Source: an uncultured virus (IMG/VR IMGVR_UViG_3300037439_000286) (taxonomy: Duplodnaviria; Heunggongvirae; Uroviricota; Caudoviricetes). From it: DNA of 64,000 bases. Numbering within the stretch: the stretch's first letter is position 1; each line of letters starts with the position of its first letter. Position numbers and translations under genes: made by a program. The DNA lies in the IMG/VR virus record IMGVR_UViG_3300037439_000286; one strand, written 5' to 3'. Below the pieces are notes generated by a model. It did not search any database and was not told the DNA's origin. It saw only the letters and a list, made by a program, of their open reading frames with translations. Below are positions 28,430 to 37,394 of the stretch, in pieces.

Positions 28430-28630
28430 ATGAAACCTGGAAACGACCTGACTGCAAGCTATCTCCTGCATTCCTCGGATGAGGCGGCATCGGCAGCCGG
28501 CATCCTTATCGGCGGATCGACCCCGTTCTCCCTGGAGCCGTTCCCTGACGATGAATGGCGCCTTACGATCAAGGATGCGCTGCTGCCAGACGTGGAAGGC
28601 CGTCTAGGGCGGGAGTTGTGGCATCTGTAG
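28430..28630 (+). CDS. Early-region hypothetical protein
   Basis: RBS AAGGA. Confidence 0.55.
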   Translation: MKPGNDLTASYLLHSSDEAASAAGILIGGSTPFSLEPFPDDEWRLTIKDALLPDVEGRLGRELWHL

Positions 28631-28640
28631 GTGCATGCCT

Positions 28641-28689
28641 GAGTTCCCAGGGGAGCCGGCACTGCCGATGCCGGTTTCCTTGAGCACTC
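28641..28689 (+). other. Long intergenic hairpin, copy 1 (RNase III-like site)
   Basis: 21-position stem with 2 mismatches. Confidence 0.6.
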
Positions 28690-28724
28690 AACGCTGAATG
28701 CTCAACTACAGAAAGGATACGCAC

Positions 28725-28898
28725 ATGCCCACAATGAGTCTCCCGATGGCCATCCGCAAGTACCTCGCGCTTCCCGGCGAGGGAGCCATGGGCATCATGA
28801 AGCAGATTCGCGAGTTGACGGACAAAGACAAGGACGACCTCGTCGGCTATTTCAACGCGCAGGGCATCGCAGTGGAACGGACGGCGAAGACGGCATAG
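28725..28898 (+). CDS. Early-region hypothetical protein
   Basis: RBS AAGGA; MKQIRELTDKDKDDL. Confidence 0.6.
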   Translation: MPTMSLPMAIRKYLALPGEGAMGIMKQIRELTDKDKDDLVGYFNAQGIAVERTAKTA

Positions 28899-28910
28899 CA
28901 CGGCGGCGGA

Positions 28911-28960
28911 AAGTTCCCAGGGGAGCCTGTGCCGCGAAGGGCGGGTTTCCTTGGGCACTT
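28911..28960 (+). other. Long intergenic hairpin, copy 2 (RNase III-like site)
   Basis: 20-position stem with 1 mismatch; same arms as copy 1. Confidence 0.6.
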
Positions 28961-29009
28961 CGGACCAGCCGATGGATGCAGACGGACGAACGAACGAAAG
29001 GACGGCACC

Positions 29010-29201
29010 ATGAATGACATCCGCGTTACTCCCCCGCGATCTCACCCGGAAGGGTATGCCGCGGACATCGTGCACGGATATGCCACGCCAAACGAAACGA
29101 AGCTTGCGACCGTCTACGGCGCAACGCGGGGCGAGACAATCATGCGCGCCACCACGGCGGGGCTTGCGTTTGAGAAGGCATTGTGGATCTTTGAGGACTG
29201 A
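29010..29201 (+). CDS. Early-region hypothetical protein
   Basis: RBS AAGGA. Confidence 0.55.
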   Translation: MNDIRVTPPRSHPEGYAADIVHGYATPNETKLATVYGATRGETIMRATTAGLAFEKALWIFED

Positions 29202-29236
29202 TACCCAGAAACCGGCAACGAAAAGAAGGCGGGCAC

Positions 29237-29668
29237 ATGACAAACGAGACTCGATTCCACCTGGACGACCGACCGCTCCCTGCGCGGTACTACAAAACGG
29301 ACCGATTCCCAAAGTGGGGCATCAATCCCACGCCCTTGCAGGAGTATCGCCTGATGCGCCGCTGGGGCTGGAACAAGGAAGAGCATATCAAGGCGAGCCG
29401 GTTCATGCTCGCATTGTCCATCCATGCCGCGGACACCTACGGCGCGGAATCCCGGCTCGCGCTAGACACCTACGGCGACGCGGGCGCGCTCATCTCCGGC
29501 GTTCTGCGGGACCATTTCCCGGACTACGTCAAGGACAGGCTGCGTCGGTTATGCAGGGAGCAGTCCGAGTATGCGAGCGCGAGCCTTGCGCACTGGCAGG
29601 CGGCGGGCCGGCGCATCGATACGTGGCGCGAGAACCGTTACAAGGCAATACAGATCAAAGGGAGGTAG
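29237..29668 (+). CDS. Early-region hypothetical protein
   Basis: 143-aa ORF in operon. Confidence 0.65.
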   Translation: MTNETRFHLDDRPLPARYYKTDRFPKWGINPTPLQEYRLMRRWGWNKEEHIKASRFMLALSIHAADTYGAESRLALDTYGDAGALISGVLRDHFPDYVKDRLRRLCREQSEYASASLAHWQAAGRRIDTWRENRYKAIQIKGR

Positions 29669-29672
29669 AGCC

Positions 29673-29909
29673 ATGCGCCAGAAACCCTACGTTGGAGTTA
29701 ACGGCGCCACACCCTACGTTGTTTTCAGGAGCGGCACCGTGCCCACGGAATCCACTCACGGGCACCTGTATGGGGCGGTTATCGGACCCTTCCGTACGAT
29801 GCGCGGTGCGCGGTATATGGCGGCGTGCGGGCCGGGTGGGCAGCTTGGACATGTTGACGTCGCGGAACGACGCGCCAAGGAAATTACAGACAACACGAAA
29901 GGAAGATAG
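29673..29909 (+). CDS. Early-region hypothetical protein
   Basis: RBS GGAGG; HLYGAVIGPFRTMRGA. Confidence 0.65.
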   Translation: MRQKPYVGVNGATPYVVFRSGTVPTESTHGHLYGAVIGPFRTMRGARYMAACGPGGQLGHVDVAERRAKEITDNTKGR

Positions 29910-29911
29910 CC

Positions 29912-30616
29912 ATGAAACCTGAACCGCTGTACCAAATCATCGCTCGCACCCTGGAAGCAAGAGCAAACTGCATTGCGCAGGGAGCATCGCACGCTGAGTG
30001 GAAACTTCGACATGAGTCCTACCTGCGCGACATTGAGCGCAACCTGCTACCTTCCGGGAGCGGCATCGACGACGGCTGCAAGCTGCTCCTGGAGGATGAA
30101 TACGACGGTTCAATCCGTCTGGAGTTCGGATTTCATGCGATGGATGAGAACGGCTATTATTGCGGGTGGACACACTACACCTGCGCCGTTCGTCCATCTC
30201 TCACGTCCGGGTTTGACCTCGCGCTAGAGTCTGGCGTAGATGACTTCGACACGTTCGACCTCGAAGACTACCTATACCAGACGTTCGACTATATGCTGCG
30301 CCGGCCCGTGGAATGGGACGACACGCGCAAGGCTTACAGGTTTGCGCCGGAGCCTGCCGCTAACCCTGCCGCTGGAATCATTGCAGGCGCCGATACAAAC
30401 TACTACCGGTACACTGTCACGCTTTGCAGTCCCATCGATTCCGCAGAAGGATTGGAGGCGGCGCTGGCGGAAACACTGAAGCCGGAGAAAGGATGCGGTC
30501 TGTTAGTTGTCGGGCCGCTATCGGACGAAGACTTGATGCCTGCCGAGTCCGTGAGTGTGGACATGCCACCGGTCAACACTGCCGATGCCGCGGAAGCTTT
30601 CGCGGGGGAAGGATAG
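29912..30616 (+). CDS. Phage-type early protein
   Basis: LPSGSGID, FHAMDENGYYCGWT, VRPSL motifs. Confidence 0.7.
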   Translation: MKPEPLYQIIARTLEARANCIAQGASHAEWKLRHESYLRDIERNLLPSGSGIDDGCKLLLEDEYDGSIRLEFGFHAMDENGYYCGWTHYTCAVRPSLTSGFDLALESGVDDFDTFDLEDYLYQTFDYMLRRPVEWDDTRKAYRFAPEPAANPAAGIIAGADTNYYRYTVTLCSPIDSAEGLEAALAETLKPEKGCGLLVVGPLSDEDLMPAESVSVDMPPVNTADAAEAFAGEG

Positions 30617-30952
30617 GAACATGCCCGCTTCAGACTTTCTCACCACACAGAGGGACTCGAATTCCTCAGTACCGGAATGTGTCCGTCGTGCGCTGAGTGT
30701 CAAAGCAGCTTCGGGGAACGGACATGGGACGGGCCTGTCAAGCGGGTCAGAAGGATTTGCGCGTACGCTAGTCAGGGCCGGCCGTACCGGGATGCCTGCA
30801 CCTGCGATGAGGGAGGCATCTGAGCCGTGCCCGAGCCTTGACGTTAGGCCGGGCGGTGGGCGGTGGGCGCGTCTGCCTGCCTGCTCATCCCCCGGCCCTG
30901 CGTGAGTGCTCGCGATCAAGCGGCACCCAACTATGGAAAGCGAGTCCGCATC

Positions 30953-31561
30953 ATGCGAGAGACCGCGGAAAAACTCACCCCTGGCCAGAAGGCTGCCAAA
31001 GATTGTCCGAAGTGTCAAAAGCATGGAGCTTTCGAGGCGGGCCTGGAATGCCCGGACTACGTCTCGCCGGCTCCGAAGCCGCGAAAGCTTACCGCGAAGG
31101 AAGCAGAGAAGCAGGAAGCTATCGACCACCTGCGTAAGATCCTGAAGCCGGGGGATAGGGTGTACGGCATTGTGCGCACTGTCAGCCGGAGCGGGATGAG
31201 TCGGACGATTGACTTCTACACGTTCCAGGCCGGCGACCGCTGCGACCGCGTTTACTTGAGCGGATGGATCGCTACTGCCCTGGACTACAAGAGAACGGAA
31301 CAGGGGGCGTTGAAAGTGGGGGGTTGCGGCATGGATATGATTTTCCACGTCGTCTACAGCCTGGGATACGTGCTGTTCCCGGGCGGGTTCGGCATCCCGT
31401 GCGGGAAGTGCGGCATCCGCGCGCTCACTCTCGACTTTGCATCCCGCCTCCGGGGGCTGGTCTGTGGTGGTGGCGGAGCCCATGAGTTCTGGGGACGCAA
31501 CGGCGACCGCTCCGGGTGGGATGACGACGGCGGGTACGCCCTGAAGCACGAAAGTCTGTAA
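30953..31561 (+). CDS. Phage-type early protein
   Basis: VSRSGMSRTI, VGGCGMDMIFHVVYSL motifs. Confidence 0.7.
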   Translation: MRETAEKLTPGQKAAKDCPKCQKHGAFEAGLECPDYVSPAPKPRKLTAKEAEKQEAIDHLRKILKPGDRVYGIVRTVSRSGMSRTIDFYTFQAGDRCDRVYLSGWIATALDYKRTEQGALKVGGCGMDMIFHVVYSLGYVLFPGGFGIPCGKCGIRALTLDFASRLRGLVCGGGGAHEFWGRNGDRSGWDDDGGYALKHESL

Positions 31562-31575
31562 GGGGAGGATCTACA

Positions 31576-31815
31576 GTGAAACAAGAGAAACACATCCGGA
31601 CCTGCGAGGACTGGTATCCGACCGTCAACGGAGAAGTGCGCGTCTTTATTGCCCAACTGACAACCGGACAATGGCGCGTTGCAGCATGGGGCGGCGATGA
31701 CTTCGGGCTGGAATTGGACACAGACAGCGAGAAAGTAGCGGGCGCGCTGTATGAGTCACTGAAGGACTATACCACTCAGTCCGAAATGCGAATCCTGGGG
31801 ATGGGTCCGGCGTAG
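31576..31815 (+). CDS. Early-region hypothetical protein
   Basis: RBS GGAGG; WGGDDFGLE. Confidence 0.65.
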   Translation: MKQEKHIRTCEDWYPTVNGEVRVFIAQLTTGQWRVAAWGGDDFGLELDTDSEKVAGALYESLKDYTTQSEMRILGMGPA

Positions 31816-31886
31816 CTGGCCGCCGACCTTGAAGCCATGCGCCGGGCCTGCGAGCCCATGGTCCGGCGCATCCTTGAAGGCTGGCC

Positions 31887-31915
31887 CCGGAACGCCGGAA
31901 CGCCGGAACGCCGGA
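31887..31915. repeat. Tandem 8-bp repeat (CCGGAACG)x3 plus partial copy
   Basis: Read directly. Confidence 0.8.
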
Positions 31916-32019
31916 GCTGATGAACGCTCATCACCCGCGAATGAATCAAGGAGAGGAGAAAGGAACATGAACAAGAACATCAGCATCAGCATCAGCAGCA
32001 CCGACGGTAAGGTGGGCGT

Positions 32020-32316
32020 GTGAACGCCGTGGCCGTCCTCCAGGTCCCGAGTTCCAGGGTGCTCATCACCCGCGGCCCGGTATGCCCGCCGAGCCCGCCG
32101 CCGCTCACCGCCCCGGCCTTCCGTTTCCACCCGAGCCACGAGCGGCTCTGGCGCCGGCTGATGGGCCAGGAGGTGGGGGTGGCGCGAGTGGCGTACCGGT
32201 GCCTGCGGCTCGCCTGGACCCATGAGCAATACGTGCGGGCCTGCCGGGAGCTGGATGAGCTGCTGGCGAGCGAGTCAACCGGCGGCGCCACTCACACCGA
32301 GGAGATATGCACATGA
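32020..32316 (+). CDS. Hypothetical protein
   Basis: ATGA overlap with next gene. Confidence 0.45.
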   Translation: MNAVAVLQVPSSRVLITRGPVCPPSPPPLTAPAFRFHPSHERLWRRLMGQEVGVARVAYRCLRLAWTHEQYVRACRELDELLASESTGGATHTEEICT

Positions 32317-32573
32317 TGACGTCAAATAGTTTCAGGCCCACGCCCGCCGAGCCCACCCTCCATCCGCTCGCCGTCGACGACATCCTGGCTCTGTCGGGCC
32401 TGCCGCCCCGGGACCTCGCGGCCAGGATCGGCGTGTCGGTGCGCGAGCTGCATGCGGCGCTGGTCCAGGGGGCGAGCGGGCTTGTAGCGGAGGCGATCTG
32501 CCGGTTCGAGGAGAGCCTGCCGCGGGAATGGTCCGCGCAGGCAGTCCAGGACTTGGAAAGGAGAGGACGATGA
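32313..32573 (+). CDS. HTH protein
   Basis: SGLPPRDLAARIGVSVRELHAAL; RBS GAGGAG. Confidence 0.6.
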   Translation: MMTSNSFRPTPAEPTLHPLAVDDILALSGLPPRDLAARIGVSVRELHAALVQGASGLVAEAICRFEESLPREWSAQAVQDLERRGR

Positions 32574-33181
32574 GCGAGTCTAGTGAGCCTGCGAAGGCCC
32601 AAACCCCCAAACCCGGACACCATGAGTTCGAGCGGACCCCGGGAACCATGCGCTGCGCCGTCTGTGACGGCCCGCGGCTGGCGATCGTCCATGTGCCCGT
32701 AGGGTACAGCCCGCCGGCCGAGATCGTGGCTCCTGCGGGCGCTGAGACGGGAAATCAGCCCGACGGTCCAGCCCAGAACCCCCGAATTCCTGCCCAGGCT
32801 GCCCCGAGATCGACGATCGGCGGTATGGACGTGGCGGACACCGTGCCGGCCGACGCTCAAGCCATAGGACCGGCCAGCGGGCAAATCGGGGCCGAATCCT
32901 GGGCCGGCATGCCCGTGGACGAATGCCCGCAGGGGCTGGTGGTGGAGGCCGAGGCGCTGCGGGCGGATTACAACGAACGCATCCGACGCCACGAGGCCGA
33001 CCTGCAGGACCTGGAGCAGGCCCGCATCACGGCCCGGGACGAGGCGCAGCGGGCTCGGGAGGCCGAGGTCCAGGTGGGAGCCCTGGCCGATGCGTGCGAG
33101 ATGGCCATGATGTTTGGAAGTTCGAGCGCGGAAGTAATCGGCCGTATGCGAGCCGCCCTGAAGCTCGCCGGCCGGGTCTGA
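32570..33181 (+). CDS. Hypothetical protein with coiled-coil C-terminus
   Basis: RBS AGGAGAGG. Confidence 0.6.
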   Translation: MSESSEPAKAQTPKPGHHEFERTPGTMRCAVCDGPRLAIVHVPVGYSPPAEIVAPAGAETGNQPDGPAQNPRIPAQAAPRSTIGGMDVADTVPADAQAIGPASGQIGAESWAGMPVDECPQGLVVEAEALRADYNERIRRHEADLQDLEQARITARDEAQRAREAEVQVGALADACEMAMMFGSSSAEVIGRMRAALKLAGRV

Positions 33182-33249
33182 GCAGCGACCGTAGGGCCTC
33201 TCCCTTGGGGCCTCTCGGTGGACGCTCGGAAGAGCGAGGAGAAGAACAG

Positions 33250-33531
33250 ATGCCAAAATACTTGGACGACTCTGGAGCCCTGGTGCTTCACTTCGGGCAC
33301 GGCGACATTGCCGTGAACACCGGACGCCGCGGAGAGAACCGGGAGGATGAGGTAGTCTTCGTGCTCGGTGAGCCCGGCGAGATTGGCCGGCCCGCCAGCC
33401 TGCACGGCCAAAGCACAGCGGACCTCAATATCGCGGTCCGCATGATCTTCGACAACGTCGAGGCCCTGGACGTGGTGCTGGAGACCCTCCAGGATCTCCG
33501 CGCGAAGATGATCGCGCCCCACGGCGACTGA
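33250..33531 (+). CDS. Hypothetical protein
   Basis: RBS GAGGAG; LHFGHGDIAV. Confidence 0.65.
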   Translation: MPKYLDDSGALVLHFGHGDIAVNTGRRGENREDEVVFVLGEPGEIGRPASLHGQSTADLNIAVRMIFDNVEALDVVLETLQDLRAKMIAPHGD

Positions 33532-33543
33532 GCCCCTTCGGTA

Positions 33544-33571
33544 GCCCGGGACTTCCCATTCGGTCCCGGGC
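33544..33571. terminator. 9-bp hairpin ending the early block
   Basis: GCCCGGGAC/GTCCCGGGC, no U-tract. Confidence 0.4.
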
Positions 33572-33705
33572 CTCCGCGGACGCTTATACCGAACGAGCAG
33601 ACCGGCGAAAAACAAGATCTGAGCACAAGTAAGGCGAAACACCATATACCCCTTCCAGACCCGCCGATTTTTCTTGTTCCCCCCATACCCCCCTCTTCTA
33701 ATACT

Positions 33706-33860
33706 TAGTCGGACCGCGTTACAGCGTTACCGCTGTAACCGATACCAATGGTCCGTTGCCGGACTATTTCGTTACCGGTGTAACGGGTGTGCCTTTCTAC
33801 GTTGCCGCTGCGCGGCCTATTATTGGGTAACGTGAATCGAGTTTCGCGATACGGTATACG
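33706..33860. repeat. Iteron-like CGTTAC/GTAACG array, candidate replication origin
   Basis: About 10 CG(T/A)T(A/G)C-like copies in both orientations in a lower-GC intergenic region. Confidence 0.55.
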
Positions 33861-33888
33861 TTTCATTCTCGTCCTATATATGCCGCGC

Positions 33889-34761
33889 TTACTCCCTGGA
33901 TCGCGCCGCTCGCTCATCCCTCATCCCGGTTTCGACAGCCGTCACCGCGCGCGCCAGGCCCGCCGTCGGCACGAGCCCGTCGTACTCGATCAGCATTCGG
34001 ACTTCCAGGCACAATCTCCGCACGCGCTTCCACATCATGCTATAATAGCGGCACACCGCCATGTCCATCGCCTCGCGGTAGATGGGTGTGCCGCCGGCGC
34101 GCAGGCCGTCCAGCATCAGCACCTGGAAGAGCTGCTGGGGGCGTGAGCCGGCGTTCGCCGCGGCCTCCCCGAGCAGGCCCTTCACGTCGGCCGGGACCCG
34201 GAACACGCGCTCATACTCCCCGAGGCCCATCGTGTCGAGCTGGTAGGCCCAGGTCGAGTCGAACGAGATGAGGTCGTCCGAGTGGGATGGGTCGAGGGGT
34301 TGGGACGGGTCATCCAGGGCTTCCCGGAGTTGCAGGCCGCGGCAGTAGGCTGGCGAGGAGACGAGTCGCGCCAGGCCGGCCTCCACGCAGAGCCACGCGC
34401 AGTCTTCCTCAGACTTCCGCGCCTGCCGCACCAGGTCCCTGCGTACCCAGGCTGGCATGTGCATACAGTGAATCGTGCCGACCTCTATTCCGAGAGCGCG
34501 GAGGCGGGCCACGGGAAGGCGTTCACCTTCGAATCCATGGGGCGATAGAGACGACAGCTCGGCCTCCAGGTCGAAGCGCAGGCGCGGGATCGGGGAGGCC
34601 GGGGACAGAGGTAGCGGCGGGAGATCATCGGCCGGCGGGCCATAGGCGGTGGAATCGGGATCGAGGGACAGGCCGGAGGATAGGGAGGAGGATGAGTGGA
34701 CGAGGCGCGGGCGTGTTGGGTTGGCGAGGGTGGTGGTGGCGGGACTGGCGGGCCTTCTCAC
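33889..34761 (-). CDS. Protein with two RHH-like segments
   Basis: GTG 34761 overlaps the stop of a 19-aa RBS-led leader ORF (ATG 34817); IHCMHMPAWVRRDL and RVFRVPADVKGLL segments. Confidence 0.55.
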   Translation of the reverse strand: MRRPASPATTTLANPTRPRLVHSSSSLSSGLSLDPDSTAYGPPADDLPPLPLSPASPIPRLRFDLEAELSSLSPHGFEGERLPVARLRALGIEVGTIHCMHMPAWVRRDLVRQARKSEEDCAWLCVEAGLARLVSSPAYCRGLQLREALDDPSQPLDPSHSDDLISFDSTWAYQLDTMGLGEYERVFRVPADVKGLLGEAAANAGSRPQQLFQVLMLDGLRAGGTPIYREAMDMAVCRYYSMMWKRVRRLCLEVRMLIEYDGLVPTAGLARAVTAVETGMRDERAARSRE

Positions 34762-34884
34762 GCGGGAACTCCGGTGTGGCGCGATTCCTGGGTCTGGATC
34801 TGGATCGTGGGAATCATGGGGATGCGAGCCTCCTGTCTTGGGACGAGCGATTGAGTAGCAGTGCGGCCTGTGCAACGGGGGCCG

Positions 34885-34913
34885 AGTGTAGCAGGCGGCG
34901 CAGCACGAGTACA
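34885..34913 (-). promoter_or_regulatory. Promoter with AGCA-N8-AGCA box in spacer
   Basis: TGTACT-17-TACACT; box at 34890-34905. Confidence 0.55.
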
Positions 34914-34931
34914 GCCCTCCCGGGTAGTGTC

Positions 34932-35813
34932 CTAGTTTGAATTCTTGGCACGGTACGGACCCCGCTTGACCCCCGCCGCCGCGGTCGGAAGCAGGGCCAC
35001 GAGATCCTCGATGGACCAGACCCGGGAGGTCACACCGGCAGCCATCGCGGGAGTGACCCGGAGAGTCTGGTGTATCCGGCAGAAGTTGTAGTGCGCGAAG
35101 AACAGTCCGAGCGCAGCGGTGTGGTTCTCCACCTTCTTCGAGAACGCGTTGGTCAGGCGGGTGAAGCGGCGGATGCTCATCCGCATGGTCAGGTTCGCCC
35201 GCTCCACGTAGGACGTTGAGACGTGCTTGGGATCGGGGCAACCCTGGACGGCTGACTTAGAAGTGCCAGTGCAGACCGCGGGGCTGTAGCGTACTTCGGG
35301 GCCTTCCGGAGCGGCGCCGTAGTGCTTCACGAGCTGGGCGAAGTCCACGCTACCGCCAAAGGCATCCTCGACCGCTTGGAGGTACATCTTGTGCCCGTCG
35401 CTGGTGAGTTGGACCCGGTTCACCATCCGGGAGGCAACATCCTGCATGAACTCCGTGGCGCACCCGGCATCCCGCGAGCCGACCAGGAAGGACGGCACCA
35501 GCTTCGTGTCCGCGTCGATGCAGGTGAACGTCCAGACGTCGCCGTACCCGAAGGTGCCGACCTTGTCCTGCGGGACGTTCTTCGCCTTGGCGTACACGAA
35601 GGACCAGATCTCGTCCACCTGGAGCCGCTTGCAGGGGAGGTCCCGCAGCTTCTCATCCTGGAGGCGGATGCAGGCTTCCCCGATCTCCCGCCACAGCTTC
35701 ATGACGGTGTCCTTGGACACGTCGCACATGCGGGCCGTGGCGCGGATGCCGCACCCCTCTACCAGGGCGGACACGATCTGGACTCGCTTCGCGGTGCTGA
35801 GGACGTTTGCCAT
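34932..35813 (-). CDS. IS1-family DDE transposase (single ORF)
   Basis: N-terminal HTH, LQVDEIWSFV, LTSDG, VERANLTMR; stop codon lies inside the TIR. Confidence 0.92.
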   Translation of the reverse strand: MANVLSTAKRVQIVSALVEGCGIRATARMCDVSKDTVMKLWREIGEACIRLQDEKLRDLPCKRLQVDEIWSFVYAKAKNVPQDKVGTFGYGDVWTFTCIDADTKLVPSFLVGSRDAGCATEFMQDVASRMVNRVQLTSDGHKMYLQAVEDAFGGSVDFAQLVKHYGAAPEGPEVRYSPAVCTGTSKSAVQGCPDPKHVSTSYVERANLTMRMSIRRFTRLTNAFSKKVENHTAALGLFFAHYNFCRIHQTLRVTPAMAAGVTSRVWSIEDLVALLPTAAAGVKRGPYRAKNSN

Positions 35814-35820
35814 ACTAGAC

Positions 35821-35849
35821 ATTATGCGTGAGCGTCCAGGCAAAGTCAA
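35821..35849 (-). promoter_or_regulatory. Transposase promoter (leaderless)
   Basis: TTGACT-17-CATAAT-7-ATG. Confidence 0.75.
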
Positions 35850-36057
35850 GAGGTCAAAGCTTGACATCTCAAACTTGGGTGTGAGATAAAGAAAGAGCCC
35901 GGCCGCTCTTCCCGCAAGCAGACAGCCGGGGACAGCCAATCGGTTGTTCTTGTCCACCCCCACCCTCAGAACGGCCCTAGACAAGCAGAAACTGAGGGTG
36001 GGGTTGCCTACTCCCCCGGATCGTTCGGACTAGCACGCCGGAGACATGGCAGTCTTC

Positions 36058-36615
36058 TCATTCACCTCCTCCGTCACTGGCACCTACCGGCCGGTAGTAC
36101 CAGAGGTTGCCTGATTTGGACGCTTTCTCGACGCGACCTTCCTTCAAGAGATCGCGGAGGGCGTAGCCGATAGCGCCCGGGCCGAAAGGCGTTGCGTTCT
36201 CCTTGAGGCTTTCCTCCAGCTCCTTCGAGGTCTGCGGCGCTTTGCGATGGAGCGCGTCCAGCACCTCGTCCCGGCAGGTGCGACGGCGGATCGCGATGCT
36301 GGCCCGGGAGCGGTGACTGGCAGAGACTTCCTCGTCTGGCGCAGGCGAGAGATCGGTAGGGGAGACAAGTCGGGAGAAGTCAATGGCAGGAGGCTCTTCG
36401 ACGATCACGTTCTCGTCCATCCGCGAGCAAGACTCCTCCGTGTCCTGATGGATGGGCGCCACCTCTTTCATGCCCCGGCCACCATTCAGCATCTCAAGAG
36501 ACCTCAACAGACTTGGGAGCACGCTCTCACCAGCCGTAAGCGTCTCACGAGCCCGCGCAATCGCACTCTGCCAGTACGCGATGTCAGCCTTGATCTTTTC
36601 GAGGACCTCAGACAT
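36058..36615 (-). CDS. Cargo: coiled-coil + C-terminal winged-helix protein
   Basis: DEVLDALHRKAPQTSKEL...IGYALRDLLKEGRVEK; RBS GGGAG. Confidence 0.65.
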   Translation of the reverse strand: MSEVLEKIKADIAYWQSAIARARETLTAGESVLPSLLRSLEMLNGGRGMKEVAPIHQDTEESCSRMDENVIVEEPPAIDFSRLVSPTDLSPAPDEEVSASHRSRASIAIRRRTCRDEVLDALHRKAPQTSKELEESLKENATPFGPGAIGYALRDLLKEGRVEKASKSGNLWYYRPVGASDGGGE

Positions 36616-36841
36616 TTGGCGCTCTCCCTGGACGGTACTGCCCGACCCAGGCATTCTAGCCGACCTTCGCGAGCGCGTCAATCTCTGAGCTTGAGTTCTT
36701 GATTTGCCGACGATCCGTGTTATGATCCCTTTGCCCAAGGGGGCGCGTTCTTTTCAGTCTTGGCCAGCATCTCTGGAGCCGGTAGGCGGAAACGTCAACG
36801 GGGCAGGGCAGGACCGCCGCCGGAAAGGAGGTGTAGACGAA

Positions 36842-36979
36842 ATGCGGAAGCTGAACGACGAAGTTCCGCAGGATGCCGAGGTCATTTTTCGACCCTGGAT
36901 CACCCTGCGGAACGGGAAGCGACTGTACGCGAAGCATTTCGGATTGCGAGCATGGCCGCTCGTGATCCGGAAGAAGTAA
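36842..36979 (+). CDS. Cargo: 45-aa basic protein
   Basis: Strong RBS AAGGAGGT; IFRPWITLRNGKRLYAKHFGLRAWP. Confidence 0.7.
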   Translation: MRKLNDEVPQDAEVIFRPWITLRNGKRLYAKHFGLRAWPLVIRKK

Positions 36980-37061
36980 GGGTTCGCTAGGGGCGTCCCC
37001 TTGGGCACTGAGTATACCCTATCTCCAGCCCCACTTGGCAAGGGCTTGTCAAGTCTTTGTC

Positions 37062-37301
37062 CTAGCGTTTCTTTCCCCACCGCGCTGCTGCTGCTTTGCT
37101 GGCGCTCTCCGCTCGTTCCTCTGGCGTCATCTTCGCAGCGCGAGCCTTTCCCCCCTTCACTCCTCCAAGCCTCCCCAGGGCGACGGCTGCCGGGTTCTTC
37201 TCGCGCTCGGGCGGAGACGGCGGAGCTTCGCCAATCGCCTCAAGGAAGACGGCATGCGCCAGCTCGTTAGGGTCGCGTGGTCTGCGTGGGCGCTTAGGCA
37301 T
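37062..37301 (-). CDS. Cargo: small basic IS-associated protein
   Basis: RPRDPNELA...KNPAAVALGRLGGVKGGKARA...AAAARW; ATG 6 nt after TGnTACCAT. Confidence 0.8.
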   Translation of the reverse strand: MPKRPRRPRDPNELAHAVFLEAIGEAPPSPPEREKNPAAVALGRLGGVKGGKARAAKMTPEERAESASKAAAARWGKKR

Positions 37302-37394
37302 GCTCCTATGGTAACACGCCGCGCCGGGCAGGCGAGCGGAAACCTGCCACCGGGAGAGCGAGCCTACCTATGCTAGGCTCCCGGTCACGTCACC

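Noticed and set aside
28641..28960. CRISPR mini-array
   Set aside because: Only two copies, 270 bp apart with a gene between; better explained as hairpin arms; no cas genes
31917..31950. Hammerhead ribozyme at CTGATGA
   Set aside because: No stem II followed by GAAA
33889..35241. 450-aa ORF crossing the transposon end
   Set aside because: Its 5' part is an alternative frame of the transposase and TIR; only 33889-34761 looks like a real gene
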